A stretch of DNA of 25,736 nucleotides, from assembly GCA_049724395.1 (NCBI GenBank), contig JAUGWO010000119.1, forward strand, positions 62,001 to 87,736, read 5' to 3'. Position numbers and translations under genes: made by a program. This stretch comes from Spongospora subterranea f. sp. subterranea (Eukaryota). This document shows positions 9,839 to 18,780 of this stretch, piece by piece; positions within the stretch are counted from its first letter, which is position 1; every line of letters starts with the position of its first letter. Below the pieces are notes generated by a model, which was not told where the DNA came from, ran no database searches, and saw only the letters and a list, made by a program, of their open reading frames with translations.

Positions 9839-10007
9839 AAACTTTTCTTGCGTTTGCCGATTCGAGGCATTCTGTCCGACAACATAAAGAAATGAGGAAA
9901 ATGTTTCTTTTACCGATACATGGCGACTCGGTCCCGAGACAGCTTTCTCCAGCATGATGTGAATAATAGTCAAAAAGGTTTCTCGCTGCATCCTCATCTG
10001 GTTTCGG
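9375..10007. repeat. Inverted repeat: ~176-bp arms 9375-9550 and 9833-10007, 282-nt spacer
   Basis: 9833-10007 is the reverse complement of part of the transposase. By eye the arms differ by 10 substitutions (8 transitions) and one 1-bp indel. Confidence 0.95.
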
Positions 10008-10319
10008 AAAGAGAAGTTTGCGTGGGTAAAGGCAGTTTCACTTTGCCTTGCAGAGGCGTAATTATACCTGACATTGGAGCGTCACTTGGTCAACAGGTTG
10101 GCGATACCACGTAAATTGGGTTCAATTACCCATTCTTTGGAAAATATATTTCTATATGTTCGATTTCTGACATGTCGTATGCCAGCAGCATATTTCTGAA
10201 GTCAATTCAATCCACGACGGGTCATGTTGGAAGCAATTCTCACAAATGGCCCACCAACCATCCAAAAAAAGTGCTAACAGAGACGAAATGTTGAAGGAAC
10301 TCGACATACGTTGGAAAGT

Positions 10320-10566
10320 ATCGGAGACAATACTCGTCCCGGTCAAGCAGGTTGAGACGTCGAACATCAACATTCACTCTGGACCATCTCTTTGTCAGCA
10401 TTTTTCACATTACAGTTCACAGCAAGAAGGATCTCCCACGAGAAAATCAAAGCAGCCAAGCAGATAAACAAGCCACTGCTGCTCCTATGTCTCAGCAGTT
10501 ATGACCCAACAAATGTTGATGTTCGACGTCCCAACCTGCTTGACCGGGACGAATATGATCTCCGAT
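10320..10566. repeat. Inverted repeat: 55-bp arms 10320-10374 and 10512-10566, 137-nt spacer
   Basis: ATCGGAGACAATACTCGTCCCGGTCAAGCAGGTTGAGACGTCGAACATCAACATT and its reverse complement with 4 mismatches. Confidence 0.93.
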
Positions 10567-10868
10567 TGTTAGTGTAAAAAGATGAAATATGTACCGAGAT
10601 GGGAGACATGTCGTCAATCGGGAAGATAAGGTAGGTTGTATTCCCAAACAAAAAGAATTTCATAAGAGTCTGGCTTCCTCTATCGGTCCAAATAACCAAC
10701 GTCAGGAAGGCGTTAGAGACAGATGGTGGCCAATGCCTTCTAGGCCTCCATGAAAATCGAGCATTATAGACCTATCGCTCAGCGAGTCTTGCGAAATTGT
10801 TTCCATGTTATTGCCGATGACAAATTGAGCATTTATGGCCATTTGTGGCAATGCCCATAATCGTAATT

Positions 10869-10967
10869 AGACCCGAACAGGTGGCGGAAGCAGCGACGGT
10901 GTCGACCACAGATTTGCACAGACGACACCATCGCTGTCATCTTTTCTTGCGCCACCTGTTCGGGTCT
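10869..10967. repeat. Imperfect inverted repeat at the start of Copia RT: arms 10869-10904 and 10923-10967
   Basis: An 18-bp perfect block AGACCCGAACAGGTGGCG plus a 14-bp block CAGCGACGGTGTCG (1 mismatch), separated by an indel. Confidence 0.85.
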
Positions 10968-10974
10968 GACCCGG

Positions 10975-11995
10975 AACATGCACAAGGCCAGATACGTCGC
11001 ACGCGGATTCACACAAAAGTCAGGGATTGACCACGAGGACACGTTCTCGCCCCTCATCTCACTAACCTCGCTCAGGGTTGTTCTCGCCTTTGCCGCCCAC
11101 GCCGGACTCAAATCTGAGACAGACGTAAACACAGCGTTTTGTACTCTGGAGGAGGAGCTGTACCTGCAACAACCCGTCGTTTCGAACAAGGCTGGTGTAA
11201 ACGGAAGGAGAATGGTCTGTGGGCTCATGAAGGCAATGTATGGCCTTAAACAGGCTGGGAGAACGTGGTGGCGTCAAATCGACACGCTCTTGAAGAGCTG
11301 CGGGTTTCAAAATGCTACGAGCGACCCATGCGTATACGTTAGCCGATCCACCCAAGTTTACTTGACGCCACCACGTTCTCCCAGCTGTTTGAGGCCATAC
11401 TCGCGGGCTCAACGGTCGTTATGTTGGACGAGATGGAGTCTACTCAACGCAAGCACTACAACATGAAACATGGAGGAGAATTGTCATACGTACTTGGAAT
11501 CAAGGTGGACAAGTGTCAAAACTCAAGATCTATTACTCTGTCGCAAGCGGCATATTCGCGGAGCGTTCCCGATCGCTACGGGATGACGAACTGCAAGCCA
11601 GCACGGTCGCCATCAACAATGGGAGTTCTTCTGGAGCAACTGGCCCTGCAGAGATGTTTGACGATCCACAGGAAATCGGCTTAATTATGTACTTAATGCA
11701 GGCGACAAGAACGGATTTAGCATATGCCATTGGTATGGCTGCCATGGACACTAAGAACCCCGGTTCAGAGCACGTGAAAGCGGATCATGCAGTATATGTC
11801 GGGCACCCTGAGCAAGGGAACTCGCTACACGCGCGGATCATGATCGTTCGTCGGATACACAGACTTTAACATCGCCAGTGACATTCAGGACCGCTAGTTC
11901 ACGTCCGGTCACGTTCTAATGTTGAGCTCCGGTCCAGTCGGCTGGGAAAGAAAGAAGCAGGGCGTGGCCTTGTCGACCACAAAAGTGGAGTGTGG
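10975..11995 (+). mobile_element. Degenerate Ty1/Copia reverse transcriptase and start of RNase H
   Basis: KARYVARGFTQKSGIDHEDTFSP, DVNTAF, LEEELYLQQP, LMKAMYGLKQAGRTW, DPCVY, LSYVLGI, ITLSQAAY, IGLIMYLMQATRTDLAYA, GPVGWERKKQGVALSTTKVE, with frameshifts and stops. Confidence 0.93.
11238..11400. repeat. Inverted repeat in Copia RT: arms 11238-11277 and 11362-11400, 84-nt spacer
   Basis: GTATGGCCTTAAACAGGCTGGGAGAACGTGGTGGCGTCAA and its reverse complement with 1 substitution and a 1-bp indel. Confidence 0.93.
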
Positions 11996-13219
11996 TATGT
12001 GATTGTGTGTAATTGTGTATCACTAAGGGAGGTGATGCACCCTCCTTTCGGAAGGGCAGGTTCCACAACGCAAGGAACCGAAGCGCTGTGTATTGAGATT
12101 CCAAGATAATTTATAAGTCAGGATCGCTATTTGATTTGGTACAGTTAACGCGATCGTTAGAACGGAAGACTCTGTACATTCCCCTTTTAAAAATCTTGTA
12201 CATGCAAGAAAGTGATATCGGGTCGGACCGTTTCAGCAGAAAACTGTTTGAGCAGAATAGGGACATCTTCTTTGTTAGAAGCTATAGGTTCCTATGTTGT
12301 GTTTTGCTCTTCAGCCCACTGTACTTGAACTTCGGGATGTTTTGACGGATGCCGTTCAGGCTCTTTACAAAATGCCCATGTCCATCGTGAGAGATGTTTT
12401 CGCAGATTTCCTGTGTTATATATAGATGTGAGTCATCACATCCCTTGAGACGACAAGCGTGCACATCTGCACCGAGATGCCTTCATATCAACCATCATTT
12501 TACTACTGAATATTCTCCTTGGGCGAACGGAACGGTTGAAGTAGTGAACAAGCTTTTACTTCATGTTCTTCGTGCGCTCATATCTAAATTCCGCTTGTCA
12601 TTTCATGATTCGCCCTATGTACTTCCATTAGCCAATATTGCCCTAAATCATCGTGTACGAACTCATATTGGTTTCGCTCCAGTCACTATAATGACCGGCC
12701 TCCAACCCTCTCCACTATCTTTATCGAACCTCTTAACCAGATCGTGAATATTCCTTTGACATCCCAAACAGTTCATGATATCAATACTGATCTAGCTGCA
12801 GCGAGCGATATTATCCACCGTCAAGTCGCCAGTAAATTGGCTCGTCAACGTGGTCAGTCGCACACATCTCGGTGCAGATGTGCACACGTGTCGTCTCAAG
12901 AGATATGATGACTCACATCTAATTATAACACAGGAATCGGGCGATGCTGAAGTTTGAAATACAGTGAGCTGGCTTCGAAGAGCAAAACACAACATGGGAA
13001 CCTATAGCTTCTATCAAAAGAAGATGTCCTATTCTGCTCAAACAGTTTCTGCTGAAACGGTCCGACCCGATATCACTTTCTTGCATACAAGATTTTCAAA
13101 AGGGGGAATGTACAGAATCTTCCGTACTAACGATCGCGTTAACTGTACCGAATCAAATAGCGATCCTGACTTTATAAAATTATCTTTTGATCTAAATAAA
13201 CAGCGCTTCGGTTCCTTGC
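11995..13219. mobile_element. Chromodomain-bearing Ty3/Gypsy remnant folded back on itself (arms ~12070-12479 and ~12865-13219) inside Copia RNase H
   Basis: On the + strand: integrase core HHFTTEYSPWANGTVEVVNK..ALNHR..IGFAP (12480-12720), VHTCRLKRY, chromodomain-like FEIQ*AGFEEQNTTWEP, polypurine tract AAAAGGGGGAA (13098-13108) and LTR start TGTACAG (13109). The same 3' end, PPT and LTR occur on the - strand, with that LTR running from 12178 down to about 11995. Confidence 0.85.
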
Positions 13220-13611
13220 CTCAACCGGCCGACAGTCATCCATGAGGACAACCAAGGAGCGATCGCAGTCGCAGAGAGCGATCGGATCACCCGTCGTGCA
13301 ATGCACATCAGTGTCAAATACCATTTCGTAAGAAATGCGGTTCGCACCGGTGCCATTGAGATCGCGTATTGCCCGACTCCCTCCGTCATGATCGCAGACC
13401 TGATGACAAAAGGCCTTACCGGCCACGAGATTTGCAGAAAAGACATCCAAGATCCAATAGACTCAGCCAAAGGTGAGGATGGGAGTGTTGTGGGATGGCG
13501 TCCATGTGGGATGAATCATACAATTAATCAATTCGTTGGGCGTGTGGCCTTTTTGTCGTTCGCGACTTGATAAATAAATTCACTCCAAAATAAATAGAAG
13601 ACATTGTCAAC
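13220..13611 (+). mobile_element. Copia RNase H C-terminal part, polypurine tract and probable 3' LTR
   Basis: PTVIHEDNQGAIAVA..RAMHISVKYHFVR..IAYCPT..MIADLMTKGL. Purine-rich GAGGATGGGAG (13475-13485) is followed by TGTTG at 13486. The LTR end is uncertain. Confidence 0.8.
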
Positions 13612-13893
13612 GCATTAAAAGGTGAACTAGAACGCCGAAGAATGGTAGTCAAGATGGAGGCCGACAAAAAAGTAGAGTCGAAACCCAGAATACCAGGGGT
13701 CAGCATCAAGGAACCAAGCACACTAATTTCCTTGAGTCCCTTGGTTTGGCGGATCCAATATTCGATCTGCTTGCGGAAGGGGAAGCTGTCGCTTTGCTCA
13801 TACCGAACACAGAATCGACGTCAGCCATGGAACCCGAATCTGTTCACGGAATGTCAATTTGCTTCGTTCATATTGAAAACGCGACTGAAGGAA

Positions 13894-14128
13894 TCTGGTT
13901 CCGTAGACTGACGATTGCTATAAAGAATTCTTTCTAGCTGCAATGGCATCATCACTGGGCGGTGATGCCGGTTCCAGCCTTTCGTCTTTGGTTTCATTGG
14001 ACCATCGGTCCTGAACCACATCCTCCTCTGGAGGCTCATAGTCGTACTCTTCATCACTTGTGGTAATCATCGATGCCATTGCAGCTAGGAAGAATTCTTT
14101 ATAGCAATCGTCAGTCTACGGAACCAGA
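13894..14128. repeat. Inverted repeat: 57-bp arms 13894-13950 and 14072-14128, 121-nt spacer
   Basis: TCTGGTTCCGTAGACTGACGATTGCTATAAAGAATTCTTTCTAGCTGCAATGGCATC and its reverse complement with 1 mismatch. Confidence 0.95.
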
Positions 14129-14718
14129 CACGAGTTTTGGTGGCTGGTAATCAGAATCCGTCGTTTATTCCGGATCAGTTCCAAGACCCGAGTTCCGCCT
14201 GGTTACGATGGGTTTTATATCGTGGTTATGATAGCGCAGCTCCATAGTTGTTGGTTCTTGGATTATTAACTAATTAAATATGTTCTTAATATCATCAATG
14301 AGTGGCTCAATTGATACAGAACAGTCGAAATCTGCGATAGCAAACAAAGGATGAACCCAAAAAGAAGCTTTTTTGAAACGAGAACTTTGATGACTGTAAA
14401 CAGTTCTTGCCATTTCCTGTCAATAACAACAGTAAGAGCTTCCGTCATTCTTGCCAGAAAATTGAGCCAGGATGACGACGGATACGATGACGTCGCCTCA
14501 TTGAATTTATCTGTTTCAACTTTTGGGTACCGTCAGACATCCAACATCTCAATCTCTATTTACGTAGTTTTGCTACCACGTTTGAACCACAGATCTATTG
14601 TTGAACCTCCATTGTTTTCCTCTGTTCCTTGAAAAATAATTGAGTTGGAAATGAGAAAGATTTACAAAGTTGTTTATTATGTGTACAGTATAGTGTATAT
14701 ATTGACAGTGGATTGCCG

Positions 14719-15435
14719 TTACACATTTGACGCTAATCCTGTATCGTGTTGACGAGTTATCTGGAGATATCCTCGTTCGGGGTCGGCCATGGCGGCGAAT
14801 AGAGTATCAACCTTAACCCATGCAGGAGGGTATTTGTACTTGGACACGTCCATGATTAGGACATGATCACTCTCTGAGTTGTACGCGCCGATCGGGGAAA
14901 AGTGCCCATTTCCTTTCTGGCCGAGTGCGGACCGTAAATAGTTCACCACCATGAACGTGTTTCTACCTTGCAAACATCCCTTGAGGTTATCGCGAAATTG
15001 CTCGACGGTTTGACGCGACGCAAAGGATACATCAACGGTGATGTGGTCCGGATCAAAAATTCGGAGAACCTTTGCGAAATCCCTGAGGGACATTCCTCCC
15101 TTTCTGACCGAGGGTTCAGAAACAACTTCAGACACGAAAGGGAGGGAGAAGAAAGTTTGCTGATAGAAGTAGGCTGGCACTCCTGATATAGCAGGACGTG
15201 GAACATGAAGAGCATTGAGAACGCTAACGGCGCTAGCGATGGCACAGAATGTCGGAGTGATCTGTGCTTCCCAATGGAGAGCAATACTGATGAATGGGCA
15301 AAAAAAACCGCCCTTGAAGCATGGAGATAACATCTTCTGCCCCTCCGCCGTATCCAATAGAATCAGGTCCGGTCGGGATAAGGTGATTAGGGTCGTCATG
15401 AGAACGAGGAGAGGGAAAACCATCTTGGACTTCAT
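14719..15435 (-). CDS. Phytochelatin synthase family protein with predicted signal peptide; paralogue B, 238 aa, intronless
   Basis: QITPTFCAIAS..VLNAL, GMSL, VNYLRSALGQKGNGHFSPIGAY, VLIMDVSKYKYPPAWV, PERGY. The N-terminus MKSKMVFPLLVLMTTLITLS is hydrophobic. It is colinear with paralogue A. Confidence 0.92.
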   Translation of the reverse strand: MKSKMVFPLLVLMTTLITLSRPDLILLDTAEGQKMLSPCFKGGFFCPFISIALHWEAQITPTFCAIASAVSVLNALHVPRPAISGVPAYFYQQTFFSLPFVSEVVSEPSVRKGGMSLRDFAKVLRIFDPDHITVDVSFASRQTVEQFRDNLKGCLQGRNTFMVVNYLRSALGQKGNGHFSPIGAYNSESDHVLIMDVSKYKYPPAWVKVDTLFAAMADPERGYLQITRQHDTGLASNV

Positions 15436-16590
15436 TAGGGAATATATCTCCGTCCGAGTCGTTCCTGGAGCGGATCTTTATCGGTTAGTCGACCGAAGAA
15501 CGAATTGGATGCCGATATCCAAATGAACTCGTCCATCAATAATACATACAAAGAACCCACTTGAACCGCCAGATATCATCTCATTCCATTTAGTTTACCA
15601 GTGAATAGTACAAGAAAACACTGGAATCCACAGTTATTATCTTGATTTCCACCTCATACCAGTGACCTGCAGATGCGTCCTCAATTCCACACACCACCGA
15701 TTACAGTGTGATTGCACAGCAAAACTACAGCACTGAACCCCACAGATATTTCTCTGCTTTTCATTGACTTCAAGCGCTGTAGTAGAGAAGTGGGCTGTGG
15801 GGGTTCAGCTGGTCGGAGAGCAGATCAAGGTGTTTCAAAGTGATTGGAGGTTTGCCCATCCATTGGACACTTCGTACTCAATTGCTGGACAAAATAATGA
15901 CAGCCATTAAGCGATGGCGCCGGTGCAGATGGGTTCGGCATCTGTTGAGTATCGTTCAATTCAACTGGAGACTGTCGAATAACATTTATTCACCGAAATT
16001 ACGAAGCTGAACCAGAAGAAATTTCCTGATTGGTCCACTTTTTAAGGCGTTCCACACCGGAATAACGGATATCAATCATCAAAGGACAAGCGTGAAGACT
16101 CTGTTTTGGGAGACTAACTATGCAATTAAACCAGGAATGACCTGTCGTTAACAAGGGTCCCAGCTCACCAGAAACCCAGGTCGCAACAACAACGTGCGAT
16201 GACGACTGTCCATCCAACTGGCAATGATGGCACATTGGGAATGGCGATTATCAATACAAACTCGCGAATTGACATAAAACACAACCTGGCAATCCAGAGT
16301 AAACGATATACAGTACAACTATCGCAAGTTCCGGGTGCAGAGTCACTCCTGAAATCTCATTTCGATCACGTTCTTCAGTCGGAAAATAGCAATGAATGAC
16401 AACCCAAAGTTTTGTAAATGTTAACAGACACAACAGTGTTCTGCAATGTGATATCAATTATTAATAAATGGATTGGACAATTTCTAACACGACCACGAGA
16501 GATTAAGAAAAACGAGAATGTTTGTACTGATATTGAAGGCGGTCTCTTGCAATGTATGACAACAAATACTGGGGTTGAAGACAAACTCGA

Positions 16591-18586
16591 TTAGCCCTGT
16601 TGCTCCTGGTCGACAGATTGCTGCTGTTGGCGGGTCTGGTGCTGCTCTAGGACCTGGAGCGCCTCTTCGATCTTGGCAGTCAATGCCTCATGCGACTCGA
16701 GCAAGTTCAGCAGCTCGCCATTGTCCATCTCCAGCAGCATGCCGGTGATCTTACCTGCCAGCTGCGGCTGCTGCGTCTGAATAAGCGGGAACAGGCGTTC
16801 ACCAATCATCTGCTTCTGTTGCTCAACTGGAGCCGACGCCAGCATTTGAACCGTCAGCTGGTGAGCGGCCGGCATGGCACCCATCTTGGTCGGCGGGCGA
16901 GTAGCTCCACCACCACGGCTTGATCCACCTCGTCCTTGAACCGGGCGACGACCACTAGCGGGCATTGGTCTCATTCCAGAGTACATGACGGGAGGGCCAG
17001 GGCCCAAAGGAGGCGCTGGACCACGCTGCATAACCTGACCAGCACCAGGCGGCCAGCCGCGACGAGCCATCATCTGAGGAGGATAGACGAATCCAGGGCG
17101 CTGGGGCATTTGGGCGGGGTAAAACATGGGCTGACCGGCCTGGTAGATACCAGCTGGTTGCATGGGCATCTGTTGGCCCATCTTGGCACGGTACTGGGCA
17201 TCTAGGTGGGCACGACGAACCTCCTTGCGCTGAGCGAGGGCCACGTACAACGGTTTACCGTCAACAATCTTGCCGTTCATCTCAGTCACCGCCTAAATGG
17301 CAACACGTTAGAGACGTAATTCTGGCTAAAAAATAAATGTAATTGAAAACCACATTGATTCAGATTAATAAATGAGTCTACACAAAGAGTTCGGAGATAG
17401 CTGAAATATATAACATCATTATGGAATAAGGGATTGTCGAAAATTAATCAGAACTATTTTACCTTGGTGGCGTCATCGGCGTTAGTAAAGCAGACGAATC
17501 CGAATCCCTTGGAGCGTGAGTTTTCATCGCGCATGATGCGAGCAGATGTGATCGGGCCGTAGGGAGCGAATTCGCCACGAATGCGCTCGTCGTCGACCTC
17601 ATCGGATAAGTTCTTGATGTACAGGTTAGCGCCGGCGAACTGTTTATGACGTTCAAGCTTCATCTGTTCAAATCGTGTGGCAAGTTCCTTAGCGCGTTCA
17701 TTCTTCTTCTGCGCCTTGGTAACAACCAAAGTCGATCCATCCACCTCCTTACCGTTCAAGGTCTCAACAGCGAGTTCAGCAGCGGCATCGGGGTGCTCAA
17801 AGTTCACGAATCCAAAGCCTTTGGAGACGCCATCAGACTCCTCGGCCAACAAGTACGACGTCACGGCACCGAACTGCTCGAACAGGTTGCGAAGACCGTC
17901 GCTGTTCATGGAGTCGGGCAGGCTCTTGACGTAGATGTTGGTGAACTTGTTAACATCGCCGCTGCGCTCGGAGCGGGGCTTCCAGCGGACAACCTGAACA
18001 TTGGCGCCAGAGATCACCATACCGTCAACCTTTTCAATGGCCTTCAGCGCGCTCTCCTCGGTCTCGTAATGCACGAACCCATAACCAAGGCTCTCTCCAG
18101 CTGGGCTCATGGCCACCTTACAGGATAGAATGTTGCCAAACATGCTGAACGTGTCGTAAAGAGCTTTGTGATCGATATTCTTGTCGAGGTTCTTGACGAA
18201 AATATTGCCAACGCCAGATTTGCGCAAAGCCGGGTCTCTCTGGCTCCACATGATGCGGCAAGGGCGAGACGCGATATTGGTGAAGTTCATGGTGTCGAGA
18301 GCGCGCTCGGCGTCGACTACGTTGTGATAGTTAACATAGCCATAGCCTAGAGAGCGACGGGTGATGGCATCTCGGCAGACGCGAATAGACGCGACCGGGC
18401 CTGATGGTCAACGGGAGTGAGCAAAGGTGGAGGAATGAGAAAGGGCCAGAGAAAATGGGACATACCGACAGCGTTGAAGATCTCGAACAACAGGGCTTCA
18501 TTGACGTCAGGCGATAAATCACCAACATAAAGCGAGGCCGAGGTAAAGTTGCCAGCACCGCTGACAGACATTACTTGAGAGTTCAT
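16591..18586 (-). CDS. PABP: Cytoplasmic polyadenylate-binding protein (4 RRM + MLLE/PABC); 3 exons, 586 aa
   Basis: Exons 18586-18466, 18400-17463 and 17292-16591 with GT-AG introns of 65 and 170 nt. Motifs: SLYVGDL, SIRVCRDAITRRSLGYGYVNY, RIMWSQRDPALRKSGVGNIFVKNL, SKGFGFVCF, KPLYVALAQRKE, QKQMIGERLF..AGKITGMLLEMD. Confidence 0.97.
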
Positions 18587-18780
18587 GACTTTTTATAAGG
18601 TTTTCCTAAAGGGTGAACACGCCGAGTTAGTCGGTAATGATATCCAGTAATGAATGAGCGACAGGTTGATGGGGGTTGGAGTCATAGATTGACCCCTTCC
18701 CCTATCCATGGCCGGGGGCGCACCCAACCCGCCAACGGAGACGCACCTGTTTTATATTGTTTGTTCCTTTTCTTGTTTTA

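Noticed and set aside
6686..14128. Fold-backs as rho-independent terminators or MITE terminal repeats
   Set aside because: The context is eukaryotic, the arms are copies of internal TE coding sequence, and I saw no target-site duplications.
14130..14630. Possible gag-like remnant on the minus strand
   Set aside because: It looks coding-like but has stops and no diagnostic motif, so it was left unassigned.
4940..15435. Bacterial contamination as the source of the PCS-like genes
   Set aside because: They are contiguous with spliced eukaryotic genes and eukaryotic transposons. A chimeric assembly is unlikely but needs long reads to exclude formally.
15733..15808. Short inverted match CTGAACCCCACAG / CTGTGGGGGTTCAG upstream of PCS-like B
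   Set aside because: Only 13-14 bp with an indel, too short to count as a fold-back or separate from chance.
15840..16584. Short ORFs between PCS-like B and PABP
   Set aside because: No recognisable product or coherent gene model.
16690..18350. Plus-strand ORFs overlapping PABP
   Set aside because: They are antisense shadows of a codon-biased gene.
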